Shown: one piece after another, positions 20,937 to 31,444 of the stretch | Numbering within the stretch: the first letter of the stretch is position 1 | How the letters are laid out: each line of letters begins with the position of its first letter | Assembly (NCBI GenBank): GCA_963806855.1 | Contig: CAWDYW010000001.1 | Span: forward strand, 672,001-736,000 | DNA from: an uncultured Verrucomicrobiae bacterium | GTDB lineage: Bacteria > Chlamydiota > Chlamydiia > Chlamydiales > Rhabdochlamydiaceae | DNA length: 64,000 nt | Direction of reading: 5' to 3' | Notes under the pieces: generated by a model | The model's database searches: none | The model's input: the letters and a program-made list of their open reading frames with translations, nothing else | Told to the model about the DNA's origin: nothing | Translations under genes and position numbers: made by a program

Positions 20937-22655
20937 TTATTCTCTAACAAGAGTGAGGTTTCTATTCCCCAACCAATTAGATCCATGATAAAGTCCGCTG
21001 AACAATTTTCCAGCATGAGGTGCAAGGTGCTTAGCTACAAGCGTGGCACCAACTGTTGTTGCACCATACATCAATGTTGTTGTGGCGTGCATCTCATTTT
21101 TAAATCCAAAATTGGATGCAGTCCATACAGCAACAAATGCTGTGGCAAATGAGAAGGCTCCTCGAACATAACGATTTTTAATTCTATCCGCTGCAAGGAC
21201 ATCGACTGCGTAATAAGTGCAGGCAAATCCAACCGTTGCTCCTATGAATTCTTTGTTTTCAAGAGCCAACTCTTGGGTTGATGTAACCACGTTGGAGGCA
21301 CGAGTCTTTAACCCATTCCATCCATCAGAGACTGTCTCTTTAAAGCGGCCATACAAAGTATCCTTGCTAGCGGTTTCGGCAGCTATCCTTGCTTTTTCTG
21401 TAGCAATTTCTTCCGCTTTTGCTCTTGCACCTTCTGCAGCATTAGCAATTTCCACTTTTCCATTAAGCTCTGCTTGAACTTTGTCTAGGCTGTCATATGC
21501 TGTAGTATTAGCCAGCGCAAGGGCATCTTTCTGCGGAGTGAGCTCACCGAGCTTTGCAGCAGCAGAATCGATCTCTTTATCGCATGCTGTTTTGGCCGCA
21601 CCGAAAACTGAAGATTCTTGAGCAACTTGATCTTCAAAGCCTTTCAGTTTCTCCGCAGCTGTTTTGGCCGCATCTTTTGCTTGTTCTATAGTTTCAGCAC
21701 CTGGAAGAGCCGCTTCTTTCACCGATATCAACTCTTGTGCGTTCTTTTTTGCTTCTTCTATAGCGGCTGATTGTTGAGGAAATCCATCCTCAAAGCCACC
21801 CAGGTCCTTTACAGCTTGGTTTACAGCCTCTTGTGCTTTTCTTTGTGCAGCCTCCACAGCTGAAACTGCTGTTTGTTCATTAGCTAAGAGTGCTTCTGCA
21901 GCCTTTTTTGCCTCTGGAGTAGCAGCTGAAACAACATTTTTCTGAGCTGACTCAAGAGCTTGTCTTGCACTCGCTAGCTTGTTTGTCTCTGCAGTGAGAT
22001 CGCTATTGGCTTTCTGAACACCTTGACTGAAAGTTGTTCTTGTTGAAGCAAGGGCATTCAACTTATTAGTAGCGTCAGTCGCAGCTGAAGCAGCGCTTTG
22101 CTTAGCAGATTCTACAGCTTGTTTTGCAGCTTCGAGACTGTCAGTAGCTTCTTTAAGCTTTCCCTCGGCATCTTCAGCAGCTTTACGTAGAATTTCTCTC
22201 GTTGAATCATGTGATTTCAGAGCAACATTAGCATCAGTTCCTACTTTAGCACAACGCTCAGTGATGGCATTATATACATTATTTTGATCAGTAATAACAG
22301 CGTTATGTTGAGAAAGTGCAGCATTGGCAGCTTCAGCAGTTTTCTTTGCACTTGCAAGAGCTTCTTCAGCATTAGCTTTAGCAGTGGCAGCAGTAGCGGC
22401 TTCTGCTGACACGTTATCTAAATCTCTCTTTGCTGTTGCGGCATCAGTAGCAGTTGTCTCTTTATCCTTCTCTAAAACAGTTTGTTCTTCTGCAGTGAGA
22501 GGCGCTCTTGTAAATAAAGTTATGGGATTAAGATAAGTAATTATGTCCCCAAGACCAGTGATTTTTATAAACGTTGCTGCTCCAATTGCAGTTGCTATCC
22601 CTCCAGCAACATGATTAAATTTACTGGGTTGGCTAGGTGTATTGTCTACGCGCAT
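20937..22655 (-). CDS. Hypothetical Ala-rich coiled-coil protein with N- and C-terminal hydrophobic segments (Inc-like)
   Basis: 572-aa ORF, GGAGG RBS, long Ala/Glu/Lys helical region. Confidence 0.75.
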   Translation of the reverse strand: MRVDNTPSQPSKFNHVAGGIATAIGAATFIKITGLGDIITYLNPITLFTRAPLTAEEQTVLEKDKETTATDAATAKRDLDNVSAEAATAATAKANAEEALASAKKTAEAANAALSQHNAVITDQNNVYNAITERCAKVGTDANVALKSHDSTREILRKAAEDAEGKLKEATDSLEAAKQAVESAKQSAASAATDATNKLNALASTRTTFSQGVQKANSDLTAETNKLASARQALESAQKNVVSAATPEAKKAAEALLANEQTAVSAVEAAQRKAQEAVNQAVKDLGGFEDGFPQQSAAIEEAKKNAQELISVKEAALPGAETIEQAKDAAKTAAEKLKGFEDQVAQESSVFGAAKTACDKEIDSAAAKLGELTPQKDALALANTTAYDSLDKVQAELNGKVEIANAAEGARAKAEEIATEKARIAAETASKDTLYGRFKETVSDGWNGLKTRASNVVTSTQELALENKEFIGATVGFACTYYAVDVLAADRIKNRYVRGAFSFATAFVAVWTASNFGFKNEMHATTTLMYGATTVGATLVAKHLAPHAGKLFSGLYHGSNWLGNRNLTLVRE

Positions 22656-22751
22656 GATATTCCTCCAAAAATAAAATTATTTTTTAAATTTTGCCCTTTG
22701 GCAAAAAAGTTAAGGGATTTTAGGCAAAAAATGATGAAAATGTAAAGAGGT

Positions 22752-23495
22752 TTAAGTGAATATGATGAAAATTTTTTCACCATTCATAGAGAAATCGAGT
22801 CTGAATTTTTTTTCTTCGATGTGTACTGTGCTTTGTTTTTGCACCGACTTTGATTCAATATTGACAGGGTAATCGCCATCTGGTGGAAGAACCAAATGAG
22901 GTGAAATCGGTTTCGAATCAATCGCTTCCACAATGTACGGATGACCCAAAAATTCGATTGCTTCAGACAAGTGACCTTGTTGAATACATGTCCGAATTCT
23001 TCCAGACGAAATGGTTTCATCTTCGCTTTTCACCTTGGGAAGATATTCGACTTCAAAATGGAGCTGCTTTCCCAAGAGGGCAACCTTTTCCGGTGTCCCT
23101 TCTCTTTTGTAGCCGAAAGCATCCCCTTCTCCCAAAATGAGGTAATCAAATGGGCAACTCTTTTTAATCTTGCTCAAGAAGGTGTCATAATGAAGATGAG
23201 AGAGCTGAGACGTAAATTCCAGGCTATAAACCACATCGGCGCCAAACTTTTCTAAGTACTGTAACTTTAGGGAGTTGGACTGGATTAGCGGTACGGGGGT
23301 TTTCCCAGGCAAAACGGAAGAGGGGTGGTTGGAAAAGGTGAGGACGCAAACCGTTCCCTTTGGCCCGGCTAAAGTGCGCATCCGATTTAAAATGCGCTGA
23401 TGCCCCAAGTGAACCCCGTCGAAGTTTCCAATAGTGAGGACGCAAGGCTTTGAAGGTAAGCTAGATTGATCTAAATTTTCGTAGACGATCATCAC
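22752..23495 (-). CDS. ribF: FAD synthetase RibF with a shortened kinase region
   Basis: LTIGNFDGVHLGHQ, TFSNHP and ISSGRIR motifs; syntenic with truB. Confidence 0.88.
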   Translation of the reverse strand: MMIVYENLDQSSLPSKPCVLTIGNFDGVHLGHQRILNRMRTLAGPKGTVCVLTFSNHPSSVLPGKTPVPLIQSNSLKLQYLEKFGADVVYSLEFTSQLSHLHYDTFLSKIKKSCPFDYLILGEGDAFGYKREGTPEKVALLGKQLHFEVEYLPKVKSEDETISSGRIRTCIQQGHLSEAIEFLGHPYIVEAIDSKPISPHLVLPPDGDYPVNIESKSVQKQSTVHIEEKKFRLDFSMNGEKIFIIFT

Positions 23496-23623
23496 CTAAA
23501 GATAGCATAGTCCTAAGGATTAGCACACTATAATTTTTTTTATTATTAATGGTGTATTAAGTTTTTATTGACTTACAATTAATTTATTAGTATAATTATG
23601 CTATAAAATATAAAGGTGTAATT

Positions 23624-23953
23624 ATGGGTGTTTCAAGAGTTTCTGCAACAGGTCAACCACCAGCAACGAGTTTGCTGTTAAAGGATGCAAGCATTTTGAA
23701 TCAAATCATTGAAGCCATCGCTGAGTTGGTTAAGAAAATTCTCTGCCCAATTCGTGTGAAGCAAATGATTGCAGTTCTCGATAGTTCGGCTGGACCTCAT
23801 GATAAGACTGTTAAAATAGCCGAAATACGGAAAAAGTTACCTACTGAGATTGAAGAAGCATACTTAGTTGCGGTAAGAACATTTGAAGGAACTCCTACTG
23901 AAAGATTGAGCCAAGTGCGTAAATATTTTGTAGCCAAACTAGAGGAAAAATAA
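23624..23953 (+). CDS. Hypothetical protein
   Basis: 109-aa ORF after an AT-rich promoter-like region (TTGACT...TATAAT). Confidence 0.6.
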   Translation: MGVSRVSATGQPPATSLLLKDASILNQIIEAIAELVKKILCPIRVKQMIAVLDSSAGPHDKTVKIAEIRKKLPTEIEEAYLVAVRTFEGTPTERLSQVRKYFVAKLEEK

Positions 23954-24568
23954 TGCCAATTAGAACTGAGTCAATATCAGTTAGTGCTCCACATTGCCCC
24001 TTTCAGGAAATAGTGGATTTAATCACTATGCTCTGTAAGCGGATTGCTGCATTGATTCAGCCGATTTTCGAATACTTTAGAAAATGCTAAATTTAATAAA
24101 AAAATAGAGCAAATAGATCGAAATGTGACCGAATTGACCGAAGCCAGAGAGAAAGTAACAGATGCAGATATTCGACGGCCAATTCACGAGAAAATCATGG
24201 CGAACAAGTCAACAATATTGGCCCTCCAAATTTCCAATGCCTGTGGGAAAGCTTTGCACAGAGTGAAAGAAGTTGATCAAAAGGCAATAGGAGCGGTGAT
24301 TAAGACCCTCGCGGTGGAAGGTTCAAATAAAGAGTTTGTAAAAATGCTTGCTGAATTGCCCGCTGAAATCAGAGATGCCTGGCGTTTGGTTATGCAATAT
24401 AGATCCTTGACCAGATTGCCGACTGATCTGACAAGCGTGGAACAAATTGAGGAAATTTTAAATGAGAACAATACTGAACGTAATCGATTGAAGTTGGCCA
24501 TCGACTTTTTCAAAGCACTGAAAGCCCAAGCGAAGGACTCAACTCCTGAAGCAGCAAAGGGCGGTTAG
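23953..24568 (+). CDS. Hypothetical protein, apparently frameshifted near 24080-24090
   Basis: TAATG overlap start MPIRTESISV..., continuing in the +1 frame into ORF 24125..24568. Confidence 0.5.
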
Positions 24569-24736
24569 AGGCAGTTGCAAAACTCAGGGTTCGTCGATTT
24601 TCGGGATTATTTTGGCCGCTTTTCGATTCAAATCACGGGGGTAATATCAAATTCCGATATGACCCCCGTGATTTGAATCGAAAATCGGCTCAAAAGAACC
24701 CGAAAATCGACAGAACCTGAGTTTTGCAACTGCCTC
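24568..24736. repeat. 169-bp imperfect palindromic element, copy 1
   Basis: gaggcagttgcaaaactcag...ctgagttttgcaactgcctc; pairs along nearly its whole length. Confidence 0.92.
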
Positions 24737-25376
24737 ATGCAAACAATTCTTTCCCATCGATACAATCTTTCAAAAGATAGGGCCCGCACCGTGTGCGGGT
24801 CAATTTTTTTAAGTGGGCGCCGCAGCCGAGGGCTTGGCCAAGATCGGAGGCAATCGAGCGGATATAGGTCCCTTTGCTGCAGCTGATTTTGAGGGCAAGC
24901 TCGGGGTAGCAATAGGAGATCAATTCGGTTTGCACGGTCAGGGTGACTGGCTTGCGCTCCACTTCGATCCCTTTTCGGGCGAGTTCGTAGAGCTTTTTTC
25001 CGTTGATTTTTTTCGCTGAGAACATGGGGGGAATCTGTTGGATGGTCCCTTGGAAGGCATTTAGCGCCTCTTCCACTTCGGCGAGGGTGGGCACAAGGTC
25101 GCTTTGGCCGGTGATCTCTCCTTCGGGGTCGAAGGTGGTGGTCTGGATGCCTAAATGGACCAGCGCTTCATATTCTTTGTCTTGTCCGATGAAGGAATCG
25201 GATTGGGCGGTGAAGGTGCGGCCGATGAGGAGGATCATGACCCCTGAGGCGAAGGGGTCGAGGGTGCCGGCGTGGCCAATTTTTTTGATCCCAGTTTTTT
25301 TGCGCAGAGCTCCGATTAGGCTAAAGGATGTTTTGCCAACGGGTTTATTGACTAGAAGAACCCCTTCCTTAAACAT
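24735..25376 (-). CDS. truB: tRNA pseudouridine(55) synthase
   Basis: KIGHAGTLDPFASG, QQIPPMFSAKKINGKKLYELARKG, CSKGTYIRS. Confidence 0.97.
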   Translation of the reverse strand: MFKEGVLLVNKPVGKTSFSLIGALRKKTGIKKIGHAGTLDPFASGVMILLIGRTFTAQSDSFIGQDKEYEALVHLGIQTTTFDPEGEITGQSDLVPTLAEVEEALNAFQGTIQQIPPMFSAKKINGKKLYELARKGIEVERKPVTLTVQTELISYCYPELALKISCSKGTYIRSIASDLGQALGCGAHLKKLTRTRCGPYLLKDCIDGKELFA

Positions 25377-25740
25377 TTCGCTGGTTTTCTTCGCGATGGA
25401 TTTTTTCGAGCAGGGCGTCGATTTTCATTTGGTCATCGGCGGTGGTGTCGAGCTTGAAGGTGAGGCTGGGGAAATAGCGCATGACGACTTTTTTCGATGC
25501 GCTGACGCTGATGAAGCCGGCGGCGGATTCGAGGGCTTCGAGGGTCTCGCGCCGCTGTTTCTCTGTGCCGATGATGCTGACATAGACTTTGGCGTGATGG
25601 AGGTCGTTAGTGATGTCGACGCTTGTAACGGTGACAAGCGGCGCCATGCGAGGGTCTTTCACCTCGGAGATGATCACTTCGGCCAGCACCTCTTTGAGGA
25701 GGGAATTAAGGCGTTTAATCCGTTTACGTTCTACGACCAT
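25369..25740 (-). CDS. rbfA: Ribosome-binding factor A
   Basis: VKDPR, DLHHAKVYVS, RYFPSLTF; position after infB. Confidence 0.95.
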   Translation of the reverse strand: MVVERKRIKRLNSLLKEVLAEVIISEVKDPRMAPLVTVTSVDITNDLHHAKVYVSIIGTEKQRRETLEALESAAGFISVSASKKVVMRYFPSLTFKLDTTADDQMKIDALLEKIHREENQRNV

Positions 25741-28187
25741 TAGAGTTCTTGCTCGAGGTAGGTGATTTCATAGGACTGCAGGAGGTCTCCCTCTTGGAAG
25801 TCGTTAAAGCCATTCAGCAGGATACCGCATTCCATTCCTTTGGTCACTTCACGCACATCTTCTTTGACTTTTTTGAGTGAGGCAACGGTCCCTTTCCAAA
25901 TCGGCGTTTTGGCGCGGATGACGCGCATATGGTGATTGCGCTTGATGATGCCATCTATGACCATGCAACCGGCGATTCGGCCGAGATGTGAGGACTTGAA
26001 GACGGCGCGCACTTCGGCCATGCCCATATCGTTTTCTTGGGCGATCTTATCGAGTTTTTGCCGCATCAGTTCTTTCACTTCGTCGACGGCGTGGTAGATG
26101 ATGTTGTGCAGTTTGACGATCACTTTTTTGGCTTTGATCAGTCCGTCGGCGTGGCTCTCGACTTTGGTGTGGAAGCCGAGGATCACAGCGTTGGAGGCAG
26201 CAGCAAGGTTAACGTCTGACTCGGAAATTTGGCCTACTTCGAATGAGACGATATTGAGCTCTGCTTTGTCCGATTTGATTTTTTGCAGGGATTGTTTCAG
26301 CGCTTCGACCGATCCTTGGACGTCGGCTCGGATCATGACGTTGAGGACTTTCTTCTCTTGAGCGGCCGCTTTCGATTCGAGGAATCCTTCGAGGCCTCGT
26401 TTGCCTTTTTGTGCTAGTTTGCCTTTGTGCTCTTCTAGGCGGGCGTTTGCAATCGATCGGGCTTCCCGCTCACTTTCGACGGCGATAAACTCGCTGCCGG
26501 CTTCAGGAAGTTCAGAAAGGCCGGTGATTTTGACCGGGGTAGAGGGGCCAGCCTCAGTGAGCTCTTTGCCATGCTCGTCGTGCATGGTTTTCACTTTGGC
26601 ATAGCTCAGGTCGAAGACGAGCGGATCGCCCACTCTCAAGGTCCCGTTTTGGACGAGGAGGGTAGCGACGGCGCCAAGGCCTTTATGCATTTCCGATTCG
26701 ATGACAGAACCGCGGGCACGGGCGTTGGTACTCGCTTTGAGTTCGAGCACTTCAGATTGGAGGGAGAGCATTTCGAGCAGCTCTTTAATCCCTGCGCCTG
26801 TTGTGGCAGAGCAATTGACGGTGATGGTTGTACCGCCCCAAGCTTCTGGGAGTAGCTCGTGTTCGGAGAGCTGTCGATAGACGTTGCTGGCATCGAAGTT
26901 GGGTTTATCGCTTTTGTTGATGGCGACCAAGATGGGGACGCCAGCCTCTTTGGCTTTATTCATCGCTTCGATGGTCTGGTCGCGCATCCCTTCGTCTCCG
27001 GCGATGACTAGGACGACGAGGTCGGTGACGATAGCGCCCCGCTCGCGCATTGAGGAGAAGGCTTCGTGACCAGGGGTATCTAAAATGGTGATGTCGCCCA
27101 CAGCAGAGTGGCACTTGAAGGCGCCGATATGCTGGGTGATGGCTCCCGCTTCGCCGGCGGCGAGATCGCTTTTGCGGATGGCGTCGATTAAGCTCGTTTT
27201 TCCATGGTCCACGTGGCCCATAAAGGTGATTACAGGGGGCCGGAGCTGGAGGTCAGAAGAGTCGCTCGCAGAGATCTCTTCTTTAATCGTTTTGTCAGTG
27301 ATTTTAATCCGTTTTTCTTCGGTTGTATCGATGCTGATTTCGCAGCCAAATTCATGCCCGAGTAGTTGGATAGTGGTTTCGTCGTCGAGGAAATCGTTAA
27401 TGGTGACAGCGATCCCTTGCAAAAAGAGTTTGGAGATCAATTGGCGAGGCTTTCACTTTCATCTCGACAGCGAGATCTTTAACCGAAATGGGGAGCCGGA
27501 CGGCGAGGACTTTGGACGGATGGTCAGCTCTTCGCGGCTATCTGCGCCCATTTTCTTCAGTTTCTTCTTGCGCCAACGGTCATCGTCGGAGTCGCGCAGA
27601 CCCATTCGATCGCGGGCGTCGAAGGCGCTCTTTTGTGATGGTTTGCGCTGCGAGCGTACATCGCGGTAATCTTTGAATGAGCCGGGTTTGCGCCCTTTTT
27701 TTCTTCTTCGGCTTTTGGGGCTCCTTCTATTTTAGCTTCCCCTTTTGCGGCGGGCTTTAGAGGAGCTCCCTTTTTTCTCTTCGGGTTTAGCGTCTTGACG
27801 GCTGACGGGGAGTTTTTTTACTGGCGGCGGCGGTGCTGTTTTGCGGATGATTTTCGGTTTGCGGAAATCATCGACGATGACTGTTCTTCTAGGTGGGGGA
27901 GGCGGGACTTCTTCTTCTTCTTCTTCTTTTACTGGTGCAGGAGCAGGAGGAGGGATCTCTTTTACAATTTCAACGACCGGTTTTTCAGGGTGAGCTGGAG
28001 GGAGAGGAGGGACCGGCTCGAGGATAGGAGCTGGCGCCGGCTCTGGAGCTTTCATTTCTACCGGTTTTTTAGGGACAGCAGCTTTCTTTTCAGCCGCGGC
28101 ATCTTCCTTTTTTTGCTTGAGTTTACCCAGCTGCATTGCTTCTGCAAGCTGGGTATTTTTTATGTTGAATTTTATGTTTTTGGCCAA
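25740..28187 (-). CDS. infB: Translation initiation factor IF-2, with frameshifts in the N-terminal third
   Basis: [17 protein letters not shown] start, [30 protein letters not shown]. Confidence 0.96.
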
Positions 28188-28190
28188 AGC

Positions 28191-29467
28191 CTATAACCTC
28201 TTAAGTCTAACTTCCTCTAAAATTCGATCGGCCATCTGTGGGCTAATCCCGGGGATTTTAGACAATTCTGTTGAGCTAGCATTGAGCACCTTTTTCGGGG
28301 TGTCGTAGCCAGCAGCTATTAAGCATTCCACGATCAGGGAGCTCATCTCCGGGATTTTGAGCGGCTCATCCAATGCGGGGTCATCCACCAGAGCAAGCTG
28401 AGCTCGTTGGAAATTCATGTTGGCTTGGTATTCGCTCATCCGCTGTACGTTGAGCTGGATGCCAACAAGTTGCCCACAAAGGCGGGTGTTCATGCCCCGT
28501 TTGCCGAGCACAATTGGATAGCTCTCATCTTCTACGACAATGCCAATTGTCGACTCGTCTTCGCTGACGCTGATTTTCTTGATCTCAATCGGCGCTAAGG
28601 CATTTTGCAAGCAGCTGAACTCGGATCTTCGGTGAAGGGGATGATGTCGATTTTTTCGTTGTTGAGTTCGCGAATGATATTTTTGACACGTGTTCCGCGG
28701 ACGCCGACGCAGGCGCCAACAGGATCGACTTTAGGATCTTGAGACGGACAGCGAGTTTCGTGCGGTAGCCAGCATCGCGCACGATTTTTTCGATGGTAAC
28801 CGTGCCATCGTCGAGTTCAGGAACTTCTTGCATAGAAAAGCTGCGCGACAAACTCGGGATGGCTGCGGGAAAGAATCACTTCAGCTCCGCCGTTTTCTGT
28901 GTCGCGCACTTCATAGAGGAGTGCTTGGACACGTTCGCCGACGTTGTATTTTTCGTTTTTGGATAAAAGCGGTCTGGCAGGATCGCTTCTACTTTGCCGA
29001 GATCGACGATGAGGGTGGCTCCACGGACGATCCGTTTGACGGTGCCTGAAATCAGTCTCGTTGATGCGGTGGCGATATTCTTCATAGATCACATCGCGTT
29101 CTGCACCGCGCAGTTTTTGCGCGATGACTTGCCGTGCGGTTTGCGCGGCAATGCGGCCAAAATCTTGAGGGGTGACGGCGATATCGATCCAATGGCCGAG
29201 TTCGCAATTCGGATTGAGCTCACGTGCCTCTTCGAGAAGAGATCTCTTCTTCAGGGATCGTCACTTTATCAACGACTTCTTTTTGAGCGAATGACATCGA
29301 TGTTGCCCGTTTTAGAATTGATGTGGACGCGAAACGTTGATGAGTCCTTTAATGCTTTTGCGCGCGGCGGCGCGGAGCGACTCTTCAATAGCGGCGATAA
29401 TGATATCGCGCTTGATGCCTTTTTCTCGTTCGAGGTATTCGAAGATGGCAACTAGATCTTTATTCAT
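28191..29467 (-). CDS. nusA: Transcription factor NusA, with multiple apparent frameshifts
   Basis: [53 protein letters not shown]. Confidence 0.93.
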
Positions 29468-31214
29468 CGTCTTTTTCTTCTCCCGCCTCAGCGTCTTCTT
29501 CTTTTTTCTTCTTGCTTCTTGGCTTTGCTCCAACGACGATATCATCGCGATTGACGTATTGGTCGCAACCAAGTATTCTTTGATCGAAAGAGCGATTTTC
29601 TTGTGCTCCGGGTCGAGTTTGATCACTTTCGCTGTGATTTCGTCTCCTTTCTTAACCACATCTTCTACTTTTCCAAAAGGTTGATCAGAGAGTTCTGTGA
29701 CGTGGATCAGGGCTTCAATGCCATTGTCGAGCTCGACAAACGCGCCGAAGGCGGTGATTTTGGTGACAATCCCTTTGACAAAGAGCCGACCGGCATTGTT
29801 TTTTCGATTGTCTCCCATGGATTGGAGCTCAGTTGTTTCACGCCGAGAGTGATTTTTTTGCTTTCTTTGTCGACAGAGAGGACACAGCTTCGACCTTATC
29901 TCCTTTTTTCAGCACTTCAGAAGGATGGGAGACTTTTTTGATCCAGCTAAGATCGGAAATGTGGATCAGTCCATCAATGCCTGGCTCGAGCTCGACAAAG
30001 GCGCCATAGTTGGTCAGGTTGCGGATTTCCGCTGTAACGCTGCTGCCGACTGGGATATTTCTTTTCGACATCTTCCCATGGATTTTTCTCCAGTTTGCTT
30101 GAGTGCCAAGAGAAATTTTTCCTTCTTCTTTTTGCACGGAGAGGACGATCGCTTCGACTTCATCGCCTTTCTTGACGATTTCGCTAGGATCGGTGACATT
30201 TTTGATCCAAGACATTTCAGAGACGTGGATCAGGCCTTCGATGCCTGGTTCGATTTCAATAAAGGCTCCATAAGGAACGAGGTTGACGATTTTGCCCTTA
30301 ACGTGTGTTCCTGGAGGATAGCGCTTTTCGATTTCTTCCCAAGGATTGGATTCTTTTTGCTTCATGCCGAGAGCGACGCGCCCTTTCTCTTTATCGACAT
30401 GGAGGATCATCACTTCGAGTTCTTGGCCGAGATGGACCATTTCAGAAGGGTGTTTGATCCGTTTCCATGTCATGTCGGTGATGTGCAGAAGTCCATCGAT
30501 GCCATCGAGGTCGAGGAAGACGCCGAAGTCGGTGATATTTTTGACGACAGCCTGTGCGGACATCGCCTTCATGGATGTTTTCAAGCAGTTCCGCTTTCGT
30601 GAAATGCGCTCTTCTTCGAGAAGCTCGCGGCGGGAAACGACGATGTTTTTGCGTTCAGTATTGATTTTAAGAATTTTGAAGTCGTAGGTTTGGCCGAGAT
30701 ACTCATCGAGATTTTTGATGCGCTTGTTGTCGATTTGCGAGCCGGGGAGGAATGCTTCCATGCCGATATCGACCATCAGGCCGCCTTTGACTTTGCGGAT
30801 GACTTTACCTTTGACGATCGAGCCTTCTTTGCAATGATTGACAATGTATTCCCACTGACGTTGACGGCGCGCTTTTTCGCGCGAAAGGACGATCTGGCCA
30901 TCTTCGCCTTCAGCTTGATCGAGGAAGACTTCGACTTCGTTACCGAGAGATAAGTTCGATGGATCTGCAAATTCGTCGATAGGCACAAGACCTTCAGATT
31001 TCAAGCCGACATCGACAACAACGAAATCTTTCGTGATTTCAACGATGTGGCCCTTCAGAATTTGGCCGACTGTCATCGTCGCGAGTGTGCCCTCTTCAGG
31101 GGCTTCATCTTTTGTTCCGAGTAGTTTGCGAAACTCCTTGGCGTCTTTTTCATCAAAATCAATATCGTCTATGACTTTGCTTTGATCCCAATCGTGTGTC
31201 AAAGTGTCTTTCAT
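29460..31214 (-). CDS. rpsA: 30S ribosomal protein S1, with several apparent frameshifts
   Basis: Repeated S1 domains ([39 protein letters not shown]). Confidence 0.96.
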
Positions 31215-31243
31215 GTTTAAAGGTTCTCCTAAAAAATAATTCC

Positions 31244-31356
31244 AAAAAAAAATTCATTGCCGAAGCAGGCATATATCCCACTCCTTGGCCAATGAATTCT
31301 TCCATGTGCCAAATGTAATGTCGTGAATTGTAGCAAAGGGGGTTAAAATAAATCAA
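31244..31356 (-). promoter_or_regulatory. Sigma70-type promoter and structured 5' leader of the rpsA operon
   Basis: TTGATT (31356-31351), 18 nt, TACAAT (31332-31327) with upstream TG; hairpin 31251-31298 running into a U-tract. Confidence 0.55.
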
Positions 31357-31444
31357 GTCTAGACCAAATAAGGGAGAAAGACTATAAGCCGATTTTTAAA
31401 AGAGGGGAGGGAGTCTTATCTATAGCGAACTCATCAATCATATT

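Noticed and set aside
25740..31214. True pseudogenisation or programmed frameshifting of infB, nusA and rpsA
   Set aside because: These are essential genes with conserved residues on both sides of each break and no shared slippery motif; sequencing error is more likely.
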